The notes: a model not told the origin generated them from the sequence alone. Numbered from the stretch's first letter, positions 27,712-36,534 are shown. The stretch: 64,000 nt of DNA from a virus (IMGVR_UViG_3300013102_000004:6630-70629); one strand, 5' to 3'. Program-made: numbers and translations.

Positions 27712-27772
27712 TTAAGCAGATTCAAGGTTCTGCCAGACCTAAAGCTTATCAAGCTTTCATTTGCTTGTCAAC

Positions 27773-29353
27773 TCAGATTGACAAGTCGGTGATTGCAAAC
27801 GAATCGAATGCGTAACCACTCCACTGAGGTTGTGCAAATGGATGATTGCTTGTCTGTCCTGCCGTAGCTCTACGGTTATTCAGACCTGTATTCACAATAC
27901 CAGCAGTATCCGTCCAAGTCAAGATTGTTGTTCCAGTTGTCAGGTTAATGATTGAATACACATTACCCTTAGCTTGGAATCTTAACATATGTCCGAATGA
28001 GAAGGTACCTGTTCCGGTTGCCTTCTGAGTTACTGTGCCACCAGAAACAGAACTAATTGCTACTGCACCCGACGCACGAACTCTGAATTCTACTGCTGTA
28101 CCGACACCGAATGTTGCTGTGTTACGGATACGGAAGTAGTCTGCCGAACCATTGCTGCCCTTGTCCAATTGACCCTGTAATACGTCTGCCAGTAATACAT
28201 CAATGGCATAGTCATCAGAAGGTGCGGTTGCATTATGTACGCCCTGGATATTTACTACCTCGTTAACACCAGAAGCGCTCTGTCCTGCTCTGCCACTATT
28301 GACTCTAGCCTTACCAAGATTTCCTGTGAAACCTGTCCAACCTACTCCGTCAACTCTGAAGTCCTCATAGGCAACAACTGGTGGCACTGGTCCGCGCTGT
28401 TGTGCCTGAGTAATCAAGTATGGCTTCAAAGACTTAAGATAACGTCCTAAGTACTGACACATAGAACCAGTAGTTCCGTCCATCTGAGCAACAGGGAAAT
28501 TATTCTTTCTGTTGTCATATGATGTGTGCTTGTTGGAAGACTTGCTTATGTAGCCCGCGATTTCTCTCAGAGTATTTTGAACTCTTCTGATCTGATTCGG
28601 AATGTCTAGCCAACCTGCTGCTGCGGCAACCCAGTTGACATTAGCTACGTTCTCATAAGTCTTAATTCCCCAATTCAAAGAGCCTTCGTTGAATTCCATA
28701 TATTCGATAAGGTCAGCAACGTCTCTCAAGAATGAATCCGGAGCTGCATTACAGATCATATCCTTGGCATTAACTAGATTAAACTCTTGGATTCTCGGTG
28801 TGATGCCTGTTCCTAGAAGGTTAGCTACACCCCAACCGCCGAATGCGTCTGCCTGATCGCCTTCCAAAACGAACGTTGTCGAATTGGCTGATTGATCAGC
28901 TACACGGAATGGGTTAGCTACCAATACCGAACATAGCATTCGTGGCCATAGATCAGGATGCTTACCCGCGTAAATCTCCTGCATTACTTCCCAAGCAATA
29001 CCTGCACCCTGACTGTATCCACCGAAGATCAACCAACCTTCTGTAGCTCTAGCCTTAGCAAGCAAAGCATTTCTGCCAATCTCACGACTGGTGTAATGAT
29101 CTTGTCCACCTAGACCGCCGCCTGCTGGACCAATTGTAGAATCATATCCAACCCAGATATCCTCAATCTCGTCACCGAATTCGGCTGCGATTGCATATCC
29201 CGTATTTTCTACTGAACCTACTTCTAGGATCGTCTCTCTTACGTCATCCTTGTATGACTCACCTGTACCGGGAACCCAGAGGAATGAAACTTTGTCTGTC
29301 AAAATAAACCTTTCTTCATGCTTGTATAACCGTGAGATTAAAGATTTTCTCAC
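27773..29353 (-). CDS. tail-associated protein: N-terminal cutinase-motif serine esterase fused to a fibre-like C-terminal domain
   Basis: GYSQGAGIA (G-Y-S-Q-G cutinase/LysB-type nucleophile elbow) at about aa 110; Gly/Thr/Ala-rich beta-rich C-terminal half. Confidence 0.45.
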   Translation of the reverse strand: MRKSLISRLYKHEERFILTDKVSFLWVPGTGESYKDDVRETILEVGSVENTGYAIAAEFGDEIEDIWVGYDSTIGPAGGGLGGQDHYTSREIGRNALLAKARATEGWLIFGGYSQGAGIAWEVMQEIYAGKHPDLWPRMLCSVLVANPFRVADQSANSTTFVLEGDQADAFGGWGVANLLGTGITPRIQEFNLVNAKDMICNAAPDSFLRDVADLIEYMEFNEGSLNWGIKTYENVANVNWVAAAAGWLDIPNQIRRVQNTLREIAGYISKSSNKHTSYDNRKNNFPVAQMDGTTGSMCQYLGRYLKSLKPYLITQAQQRGPVPPVVAYEDFRVDGVGWTGFTGNLGKARVNSGRAGQSASGVNEVVNIQGVHNATAPSDDYAIDVLLADVLQGQLDKGSNGSADYFRIRNTATFGVGTAVEFRVRASGAVAISSVSGGTVTQKATGTGTFSFGHMLRFQAKGNVYSIINLTTGTTILTWTDTAGIVNTGLNNRRATAGQTSNHPFAQPQWSGYAFDSFAITDLSI

Positions 29354-29386
29354 ATAATTATTATAACAAACATTCCGAAAGGTTGG

Positions 29387-29740
29387 TTACCAGTCTATTG
29401 AGTCTCTGAGTTCACGAACGGAGATATGACCTTCGATAAAGGCATCCATAGCTCTGGAATGAGTCTCGAAAACCAGATGCCATTCACCGTTAACATTTTT
29501 GAATATGCTTGCGTGTCGCTTGACGTATTCGATATGCTCGTACTTGATTGCCCCGGTCGAATCTCGGAGATGTTCATCATAATACTTGAAGTCTCGGGTG
29601 AACCTGGACTTTGCTACCGGCTCACGATACAGCTTAGGAATACTTTGATAGGTACTCTCTTCACTGATGAAGATGTAGATATTCATCTTTAGTTCCCACG
29701 TGCGTGGATTAGTTACTGCGCTTACCACTGAATCTCCCAT
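29387..29740 (-). CDS. hypothetical protein
   Basis: 117-aa ORF. Confidence 0.35.
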   Translation of the reverse strand: MGDSVVSAVTNPRTWELKMNIYIFISEESTYQSIPKLYREPVAKSRFTRDFKYYDEHLRDSTGAIKYEHIEYVKRHASIFKNVNGEWHLVFETHSRAMDAFIEGHISVRELRDSIDW

Positions 29741-30093
29741 AGTAAATCATTGATTGAACCACCAAGCAAAAAGTCGAGCATTGGTTGCGACCGATCAATC
29801 TCAATTGGATCAGTGTACACCTGATATGACCTATAAATCTCAGCAAGAGTGTCATACTGTCCGACCACCCCGATTTTGTAGATTGCTGCGGGCAACAGGT
29901 CAGCATCCAAACGAACAACGTCCCCATCGTCTTTTAGAACCTGTTTGCCGTCATGATCAATCTGAATACGCTTGGGGTTGCTGCGAAGTTTGATGAATTG
30001 TGCTGCATCCGGTCCTGTGAACCAACCATGCTGCCACTTGTCTTGTGTATGAAAAACGATAAGATAAGGCTTTTCGAATGCCACTGTTCTCAC
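29722..30093 (-). CDS. hypothetical protein
   Basis: 123-aa ORF. Confidence 0.35.
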   Translation of the reverse strand: MRTVAFEKPYLIVFHTQDKWQHGWFTGPDAAQFIKLRSNPKRIQIDHDGKQVLKDDGDVVRLDADLLPAAIYKIGVVGQYDTLAEIYRSYQVYTDPIEIDRSQPMLDFLLGGSINDLLWEIQW

Positions 30094-30280
30094 ATTCCGT
30101 ATAGAAAGGAATTCCGACAGCTATGTTTGTCGAAATGTAATGTCTCTTTGTTGTCGTGACTTGATTCTAGATTACCGCTCAGCGGTTTGAAGTTACGAAC
30201 GATTGTCGTACGTGTTGTGATATACGAGTTCTGATATAGATGCTTGTTACCACACCAACTGCATTCAACCTCTAGTGCGT

Positions 30281-30526
30281 TCATCCTACGTTAGTCTTGA
30301 TCCACTCGTCAAGCTCTTTGTATTCCGGCAAGACTGAGCCTCCACGGATATGGATTGCTAGGGTGTAATCTTGGGTTTGAGGAACGTTAATCCAAATCAT
30401 TATCTCAGCACTAGCCCTGCTTGATCCACGGTTAGAATTCAATACACGCTTAAGATTAATCTCTGCGTCAGTGAACTGAAGCTCTTCACGCCGACCGGGA
30501 ACGTAAGTAATATACTTAGCTGTCAT
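30281..30526 (-). CDS. hypothetical protein
   Basis: 81-aa ORF. Confidence 0.3.
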   Translation of the reverse strand: MTAKYITYVPGRREELQFTDAEINLKRVLNSNRGSSRASAEIMIWINVPQTQDYTLAIHIRGGSVLPEYKELDEWIKTNVG

Positions 30527-30593
30527 TTCTTACCCTTCGTTTATTAGAAAACTGATCGCCTCCCCTTGTCGGGAATGACGACCAGTCGTAATG

Positions 30594-30666
30594 TGCCTGT
30601 GGAGAGATTCGAACTCTCACTGTCATGCTTCTAAGACATGTTCCTCTGCCGTTGGGATACACAGGC
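30594..30666 (-). tRNA. class-I-shaped tRNA with anticodon TAG (reads Leu codon CUA), A73
   Basis: acceptor GCCTGTG/CACAGGC, anticodon stem CATGT/GCATG, loop CTTAGAA, 5-nt variable loop, T-arm GAGAG-TTCGAAT-CTCTC. Confidence 0.5.
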
Positions 30667-30670
30667 TTAC

Positions 30671-30744
30671 GGTGACTAGTTGGATTCGATTCCAACACTC
30701 TAAACAGCTTTAGGCCGCCCGTCTCTCTATTGGACTATAGTCAC
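30671..30744 (-). other. tRNA-like element with a perfect 7-bp acceptor (GTGACTA/TAGTCAC) but an 8-nt T-loop and no anticodon arm
   Basis: only the hairpin CTAAA-GCTG-TTTAG sits where the anticodon arm should be. Confidence 0.3.
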
Positions 30745-30767
30745 CTAAGTATTAAATTATAACAGAA

Positions 30768-31220
30768 TCACTTGTCTTCTGCTGGTGCTGGTCCAAATCC
30801 GTCTGCTGGGATAACGGTAGCAATTGGCTCTACTTCCGGTGTCTCATCAGGAATTGTCTCAACTGGTGGTGCTGGATCAACTGGTGTTTCAGGTTCCGGT
30901 TCTGCTGGAACTTCTGGTTCCTCAGTTGCGGGAAGAGTAGCATCTACGTCTGCACGTAGCTTACCAATCTCTACACTAGCCTCTTCGTTAACACGCAATG
31001 CTTCATCTGTTGCTGCCTTAGCTGCATCTAGTGCTGCATTCTGCTCAACATCTTCTGCATCCTCTGAAACTCTCAATGCTTCTGCTGCTGCACGCTCTGC
31101 TTCCAAAGCTGCCTTTAGCTCTGCATTAGAATCTACTAGTGGTCCGTACAAATTCTTGATACGGTCCTGAAGTGCGTCAAACGAATCACGCAAGCCCTTC
31201 AATTCATCTCTTACTGCCAT
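30768..31220 (-). CDS. coiled-coil protein with a Pro/Glu-rich C-terminus
   Basis: start set at MAVRDE, preceded by GGAGGAAATTATC RBS; ends PEVPAEPEPETPVDPAPPVE. Confidence 0.45.
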   Translation of the reverse strand: MAVRDELKGLRDSFDALQDRIKNLYGPLVDSNAELKAALEAERAAAEALRVSEDAEDVEQNAALDAAKAATDEALRVNEEASVEIGKLRADVDATLPATEEPEVPAEPEPETPVDPAPPVETIPDETPEVEPIATVIPADGFGPAPAEDK

Positions 31221-31346
31221 GATAATTTCCTCCTTGTAAATTTTGTTTCCAGCAATGAACTCGCTGGTAGAAAGGAGATTAAATAAACCCATTGGTTCTC
31301 CTATCTGTGCTTGTGGCACTATACAAGTATATCATACATAGCATTT

Positions 31347-31419
31347 GTATCCCTGACTGGATTCGAACCAGCGACCGACGCCTTAGGAGTGCGTTGCTCT
31401 GTCCACTGAGCTACAGGGA
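31347..31419 (-). tRNA. tRNA-Arg (anticodon CCT)
   Basis: acceptor ATCCCTG/CAGGGAT, D-arm GCTC-AGTGGACA-GAGC, loop CTCCTAA. Confidence 0.55.
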
Positions 31420-31449
31420 TAGATGCTCCGAAGAGCACATCGTTCAGGT

Positions 31450-31530
31450 TACCATAGACAGGGACTCGAACCCTCTGCCTGACCGACTAGGAAGTCTTAA
31501 GCCTTCCATAAGCTTATTGTAACATACTAG
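31450..31530 (-). other. atypical tRNA-like element (anticodon stem GGAAG/CTTCC with an 8-nt loop GCTTAAGA; long extra arm; weak acceptor)
   Basis: T-arm AGGG-TTCGAGT-CCCT; the 5' end could not be placed. Confidence 0.3.
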
Positions 31531-32369
31531 CGTGTTGGAACTACTGTTGTCGTACCAGGCCAGCAACCGAGAGGAGATTGGCCACGTTCCTTGACAATAT
31601 CCAAGCACTTAGACACTAGCACGTTTGGATCGTTACTAATTGACGCACGTAGCTTGTCATTAGCTGTTGCTTCTGCTGTTGCAGTCAACTGCTTCTGCTG
31701 AGCAATACGTGTATTGCCAATTTCCTGCTGGTATGCATCAAGCTTCTGCTGGGTCTGCTCATCAAAGTTGACGATAGGAATAATGACACTGATGATGTCA
31801 ACCTTGCCGTCTACTCGCTTACGCAAATCCTGCAAAACCTTATCGGCTAGAGTGTTCAAGTCTTCGCTAGGCTTTGCTGTTGCGTCTGGTGCTCCACCGC
31901 CGACAGAATTCAAAGGATTGTAACTAGCAAATACTTCGTTCAGGCTTGCCGTGATCTGACGTGAAACCAGATTATCTTTGATGGAATCAAAGCTCCGGTA
32001 ATCCAAGAACAACTGATCTGCCTTGTCAGGAGTGATACGCCACTGAACAGAGTTTTCTACGCCTGCCTTGCTGTTATTTCCAAGTCGAACCTCAGAAGAC
32101 TGGTGATTGATCTGGATTGCTCCGTCTAGCTCTGTAACCTTAGACCACGGTGCCTTCAAATGCAAACCGTTGCTGAGACTATCAGTTGGTCGCCCAAAGG
32201 TGGTTACAACACCGACATTCTTTGTTGACACGATTGTGGTTGATGCAAAGACAAGAAAAAGCAGTCCAACTAGTGCGATTCCAATTGCAGGCACCTTGTT
32301 AATATCTGGGATAAACAGTGCCAGTGCTGCTGCCGCAAATAGAATCAGCGACACGATGAACAAAATCAT
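31527..32369 (-). CDS. SPFH/band-7 (stomatin-prohibitin-flotillin-HflK/C) domain membrane protein
   Basis: N-terminal transmembrane segment; VGVVTTFGRPTDSLSNGLHLKAPWSKV core. Confidence 0.5.
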   Translation of the reverse strand: MILFIVSLILFAAAALALFIPDINKVPAIGIALVGLLFLVFASTTIVSTKNVGVVTTFGRPTDSLSNGLHLKAPWSKVTELDGAIQINHQSSEVRLGNNSKAGVENSVQWRITPDKADQLFLDYRSFDSIKDNLVSRQITASLNEVFASYNPLNSVGGGAPDATAKPSEDLNTLADKVLQDLRKRVDGKVDIISVIIPIVNFDEQTQQKLDAYQQEIGNTRIAQQKQLTATAEATANDKLRASISNDPNVLVSKCLDIVKERGQSPLGCWPGTTTVVPTR

Positions 32370-32482
32370 ATGTTCTCTTTCTGTTAGTTTAGATGGTGGT
32401 CTTGGTTGCGTGTGCAGGTGACCACCAAACCCACAGCGTATTGTCCACCGGTAAGCTACGCAAAGCCGGATTCAATTAAGCG

Positions 32483-32556
32483 TGGGACGCCTCGGATTCG
32501 AACCGAGAGTCTGACAGGGTAAAAGCCTGCGGTTTTTCCAGTTAAACTAGCGTCCC
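32483..32556 (-). tRNA. tRNA-Lys (anticodon TTT)
   Basis: acceptor GGGACGC/GCGTCCC, anticodon stem GCAGG/CCTGT, loop CTTTTAC. Confidence 0.6.
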
Positions 32557-32730
32557 TTGGTGCTTAGGCCACATATCCGATGACCTAAGCCTTGTCATAA
32601 ACAATGAGTTTGTTTGTTGTGCTTTACTACACTAACACGTTTAAGAATAAGAATCAAGTTAACAGCGAGAGGTTTTGCCGCTAAACTACAGGCGCATTGG
32701 TTATTTTGTGTTGCTTTACGCTTAGCGTAG

Positions 32731-32770
32731 AGCGCCCGGCAAGATTCGAACTTGCGTCTCTCAATGGTTG
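32731..32770 (-). other. tRNA 3'-fragment-like element (T-arm GCAAG-TTCGAAT-CTTGC plus 3' acceptor strand CGGGCGC; no 5' half)
   Basis: the upstream sequence cannot supply an acceptor, D-arm or anticodon arm. Confidence 0.3.
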
Positions 32771-32881
32771 TTCCTATTCAGTTGATTTAGTGTATGCACG
32801 AGTTGCTAAATTTAGAGCAATAATCTAAGTCTGATTGGTATCTCTGTTGCCTCTACCAATTGGGCTACCCGCGCTTGTTGG

Positions 32882-32920
32882 TGCGCGGAGAAGGGATCGA
32901 ACCTCCACTTTACAGAGCAT
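32882..32920 (-). other. tRNA 3'-fragment-like element (T-arm GGAGG-TTCGATC-CCTTC plus 3' strand TCCGCGC)
   Basis: same reasoning as 32731. Confidence 0.3.
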
Positions 32921-33019
32921 TTCCGTTAGTCTTAGGCTAAGCCTAAATCTACCCTTACGGGAACTGGTGCTCAAACCAGTTTATCATTTACCCATACGAT
33001 CTACGCATGGAAACTTGTG

Positions 33020-33751
33020 TCAGCTAAACAGGTATCCGAAAATATCCTTAGCTGCTGTACGGTCAGTCACGTCAGTGCTGTTGGCCTCTTCACGTGCAAA
33101 CTTAACTGCCTTCTGAAGCTCTTCAACACGCTCAACCAACTCTCGCTTACGCTTTGACGAAATCGCACCTGAGAAGTCAGTCTTGGCCCACTTGCCCTGC
33201 AACACCGAATCCTCAAACACATCGACCTGAGCCGGGTGCTTGTCCGTTGCCTCTGCACGAACGTGGTTCTTCAAGACCTTCTTGTTACGAACAGTCTCCG
33301 TAACCGCTGAACGATAAACGCCTGCATTGTCATCAAACGACCACTCGACCGCTGGATCAAGAGTAGGTAGCTTGCTAACAAACGTGTGAACATCAACCAG
33401 CTTCTTCTCAAGGAATAGAAGGTAAGTTACAGGCGCATCGGCAACCAGAACCTTGTTTCCAACCTTGATATCTGCCTTTGCCTTAGCATTTGCAGTTTCC
33501 TTGGTGAGTGTAATATCAACTACACGAGACAATACACGCTCTGCATCTTCCAGAAGATCAGATACCTTCACCTGTACCGGCGAATTCTCTGCTGGGAAAG
33601 TGTCACCACCATCTTCGCTTGGAGTGTACACCTTGCTAATTCCTGCAAGCAAGGGTGTCTTCTGCGACAAACGATGAAGTTCGGTGAACTCTGCCTGAGA
33701 CTTGCTCTTGACGCTGTTTTCGATTGCAATGATCTGGTTAAGCTTGGTCAT
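33020..33751 (-). CDS. hypothetical protein
   Basis: 243-aa ORF. Confidence 0.45.
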   Translation of the reverse strand: MTKLNQIIAIENSVKSKSQAEFTELHRLSQKTPLLAGISKVYTPSEDGGDTFPAENSPVQVKVSDLLEDAERVLSRVVDITLTKETANAKAKADIKVGNKVLVADAPVTYLLFLEKKLVDVHTFVSKLPTLDPAVEWSFDDNAGVYRSAVTETVRNKKVLKNHVRAEATDKHPAQVDVFEDSVLQGKWAKTDFSGAISSKRKRELVERVEELQKAVKFAREEANSTDVTDRTAAKDIFGYLFS

Positions 33752-34012
33752 TTTGACTCTTTCTGTTGGTGTCTGATTAGACTGAATTTGAACATAAAAA
33801 GTAGGCCACCACGGTAACGATCCGTGTTCCCTAGATTAAGAGTCTAGTGCATCACCTTAATGCTTGTAGCCCATACGCAGTAGTACTTTATTTCATAGTA
33901 CTCTCCCCGCCCCGTTTGTCAACCGCCGTTGACCACATGAAGCCGGTGTGCTCTTACACCTTATTGCTATTGTATCACAAGGTATCCAGCGACGGACCTT
34001 GCTTTACAATTG

Positions 34013-34094
34013 TTGGGGTGACAGGATTCGAACCTGCAAGTCTCGGAAGAACGTGGGTTACAACCACGCGGGCCACCAGTTGCCCAACACCCCA
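34013..34094 (-). tRNA. tRNA-Tyr (anticodon GTA), type II
   Basis: acceptor TGGGGTG/CACCCCA, D-arm GGGC-AACTGGTG-GCCC, anticodon stem CGTGG/CCACG, loop TTGTAAC, 13-nt variable arm. Confidence 0.65.
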
Positions 34095-34165
34095 TCGCAA
34101 CACCCTTTGTAATGCAGACCTTATGCGCTGCACACTCTTTCGAGAGGTTGGTGTCGTAACCTTTG

Positions 34166-34237
34166 CTGACCATATAGGATTCGAACCTATATCTTGCATC
34201 TTAACAGGATGCAGCATTGCCTTTATGCTAATGGCCA
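34166..34237 (-). tRNA. tRNA-Asn (anticodon GTT)
   Basis: acceptor TGGCCAT/ATGGTCA, anticodon stem GCATC/GATGC, loop CTGTTAA. Confidence 0.6.
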
Positions 34238-34441
34238 TTGAGCACTCTTTCAAGTGCTTTTCTATCTTACTACAGATTGTCTGGTTCTGCAAGTGTGATG
34301 TAGTCATAAACTACAACGAACTGATCAATCGGATAAACTCTATCCATTATCCGCTCAGCCTGTTCCATCGTCTCAAAGCCTACCATGTTGATTCCGTGTT
34401 GTCCACTCACAATGTCTACCCAGCGAGCTACGAACATTTTC

Positions 34442-34630
34442 TTAATCCTTAAAGTCGTTGAACGAATACGGGATCATCTGGAACAATCCCTGGCTGTCAT
34501 TGCCACCGAGAAAGTCTTCGAAAGGTGACTTGATTCCCATCTCTACAAGAGGATCAATGTATTCACCATTTAACCAGAAGGGCTTCATTCTGTCAAGTGC
34601 TGATTGCATCTGTTCCGGCGTCATTCTCAA
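34442..34630 (-). CDS. hypothetical protein
   Basis: 62-aa ORF. Confidence 0.3.
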   Translation of the reverse strand: MRMTPEQMQSALDRMKPFWLNGEYIDPLVEMGIKSPFEDFLGGNDSQGLFQMIPYSFNDFKD

Positions 34631-34805
34631 ATGACTAACCTGCCTTCAAGCTTAGCATACTCTACGTTGCATACCGGCTTCCACTGCTCTTCACCATACA
34701 CTTCGTAAAGATACGGGTCAAGTCGGTACTCTTTCTGTCCCGAACATTCGGGAGTACAAAAACATTCCATACTTCCAGCTTAGTCTATCTTGTCGATAGA
34801 GTCAA

Positions 34806-35258
34806 CTACCACATCTTCGTTCCGTAGCCTACAAATTCATCTGTAGCTGCTGCTCCACGAGCACCGAACAGTACTGGAAGACTATCATTGACAATCTTCA
34901 GATTGAAACCCGGCAAATTACGCTTGACCATGAACGTGAAAACATAAACCCAAATGTAATCATCCCAGTTGTTCACCAATGCTTCGGCAAGTGTATCTCT
35001 GGAATCTTCATCTGGATCAAACCAGCCTTCTGGCCAATCAATACCGGCATCTACGAAAACCTGTGCCTGATCCTCCGTAGGATATGAATCAGCGTCATTG
35101 GCAATATCTTCAATGCCAAGACCTAGCTCTTCACGAGACTTTCGGTAGGCTTTGCCGATTTCTGCTGGATCAAAATCACCCTGTGACTCTACCACATGAC
35201 TATCATAATGGCCGTGACCATCTCCTGACCAGTCACCAATACCGACCCTGTACTTCAT
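34806..35258 (-). CDS. hypothetical acidic protein
   Basis: 150-aa ORF. Confidence 0.45.
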   Translation of the reverse strand: MKYRVGIGDWSGDGHGHYDSHVVESQGDFDPAEIGKAYRKSREELGLGIEDIANDADSYPTEDQAQVFVDAGIDWPEGWFDPDEDSRDTLAEALVNNWDDYIWVYVFTFMVKRNLPGFNLKIVNDSLPVLFGARGAAATDEFVGYGTKMW

Positions 35259-35650
35259 TACGCCACCTTATTTCGGAGAGGCATGTAACCCAGTGCCCAT
35301 TCAATAACTTCACGGTAGAGCATATCATACAGAGCGGACTTGTGAAACTCGGTCCACAAGCGATCACTGTACTCTTCGTCATTTCGATACGTCGTGTTCA
35401 CCGTTCGACTATCAAGTACATTACCATTCTCGTCACGCAGATTCAAAGTGAACCAGTTGCTTCCATCTTTGGCATACGTGTCGATGTGCCACATACCGGG
35501 AGGAAGAATAGGAATATGAACGTCAACATAACTGATCATATCCCACTGGCTGACCTTATTGTTATCTTTTACGGGACGAGCGATCATCAATACGTAGTAA
35601 AGAATAAATCCGATAGCTGCTGCACCCAGCCAAAGACCAAGAGTAAGCAT
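35258..35650 (-). CDS. membrane protein (start trimmed)
   Basis: the listed N-terminus overlaps a tRNA-like element at 35682; Met at 35650 precedes the transmembrane segment LTLGLWLGAAAIGFILYYVLMI. Confidence 0.4.
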   Translation of the reverse strand: MLTLGLWLGAAAIGFILYYVLMIARPVKDNNKVSQWDMISYVDVHIPILPPGMWHIDTYAKDGSNWFTLNLRDENGNVLDSRTVNTTYRNDEEYSDRLWTEFHKSALYDMLYREVIEWALGYMPLRNKVA

Positions 35651-35681
35651 GTGATTCCTTTGTTTGTTGGTTGAAGTTGAA

Positions 35682-35725
35682 CAGGCAGGGGTGGAATTGA
35701 ACCACCAACTTCCGGGATTACGGGT
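35682..35725 (-). other. tRNA 3'-fragment-like element (T-arm GGTGG-TTCAATT-CCACC plus 3' strand CCTGCCT)
   Basis: no complementary 5' strand within 80 nt. Confidence 0.3.
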
Positions 35726-35809
35726 CCAAACTGAACGAGTCGTCACTACTACAGTCAACGATACGTCTATCATTCGGCGTTCTTACCAAAGATACTTCCC
35801 ACCTGATGG

Positions 35810-35881
35810 TATCCCTAGAGGGAATTGAACCCTCGTTTCCAGATTGAGAATCTGATGTATTTTCCACTATACGATAGGGAT
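35810..35881 (-). tRNA. tRNA-Glu (anticodon CTC; tentative)
   Basis: acceptor ATCCCTA/TAGGGAT, anticodon stem TCAGA/TCTGG, loop TTCTCAA, T-arm GAGGG-TTCAATT-CCCTC. Confidence 0.5.
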
Positions 35882-35937
35882 TTAAGATACGCCTAACTAG
35901 GCTTCCACCTCGGTGCGACATGTCCTGACGTATCTAG

Positions 35938-36010
35938 TGCGGTAAACGAGACTTGAACTCGCAACATCTGACTTGGCAAGCCAGTGCTCTACCAATTGAG
36001 CTATTACCAC
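35938..36010 (-). tRNA. tRNA-Gly (anticodon GCC)
   Basis: D-arm GCTC-AATTGGTA-GAGC, loop TTGCCAA, T-loop TTCAAGT. Confidence 0.55.
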
Positions 36011-36014
36011 AGTG

Positions 36015-36078
36015 AGAATAGATCGGGAATCGAACCCTAGACTTTAAGAATGACCAGAAAGCCAACCACTGTCTATTC
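36015..36078 (-). other. truncated tRNA-like element (about 64 nt; acceptor GAATAGA/TCTATTC plus T-arm, body too short)
   Basis: manual fold. Confidence 0.3.
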
Positions 36079-36146
36079 TCGGTTGCTTGGGGTTTGATAT
36101 TTCCCCAAGACTTACCATCACTCATCACAATGTTGATTGACAGATG

Positions 36147-36219
36147 TGAGGCAGACGGGGATCGAACCCGCTAAATCCAGCTTGGAAGGCTGGCAGTATA
36201 CCATTATACAATCTACCCC
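36147..36219 (-). tRNA. tRNA-Gly (anticodon TCC)
   Basis: acceptor GGGGTAG/CTGCCTC, anticodon stem CCAGC/GCTGG, loop CTTCCAA. Confidence 0.6.
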
Positions 36220-36225
36220 ATAAGT

Positions 36226-36300
36226 TAAAAGATGACAGACTTGAACTGTCTCCTGCCGCTTCATTGCGGCCGTGCTGCCACGTACACCAATCAATTAACT
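36226..36300 (-). other. degenerate tRNA-like element (T-arm GACAG-TTCAAGT-CTGTC; candidate anticodon hairpin GCCGC-AATGAA-GCGGC has a 6-nt loop; no 5' acceptor)
   Basis: manual fold. Confidence 0.3.
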
Positions 36301-36313
36301 TTTTGATTATACT

Positions 36314-36379
36314 CGCCCCGGTCAGGAATCGAACCTAATCTCCGTAACTGTGGCGTCGTTCCAAACGACTTACCAAAGC
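36314..36379 (-). other. truncated tRNA-like element (acceptor, D-arm GTCG-TTTGGAA-CGAC and T-arm present; anticodon arm shortened by about 6 nt)
   Basis: manual fold. Confidence 0.3.
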
Positions 36380-36449
36380 TGTATAATCCACTCAGTTTGC
36401 AACCTGAGTGTTTTCCGAATGATTTAAGCGCTACTCATTCAGAGAAAAG

Positions 36450-36534
36450 TACCAGAGACGGGAATCGAACCCGCGACGGCTAGGCCGACTAGATTGAAAG
36501 TCTAGCTACAATTATCCAACATTGTGACCCTGGT
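36450..36534 (-). tRNA. type-II tRNA (long variable arm) with anticodon loop CTTTCAA (TTC); isotype unclear
   Basis: acceptor ACCAGGG/CTCTGGT, anticodon stem CTAGA/TCTAG, variable arm CGGC-CTA-GCCG, T-arm GCGGG-TTCGATT-CCCGT. Confidence 0.45.

Noticed and set aside
33847-34452. 201-aa + strand ORF
   Set aside because: It runs antisense through tRNA-Tyr and tRNA-Asn and has Cys/Ser/Arg-rich junk composition, so it is a shadow ORF.
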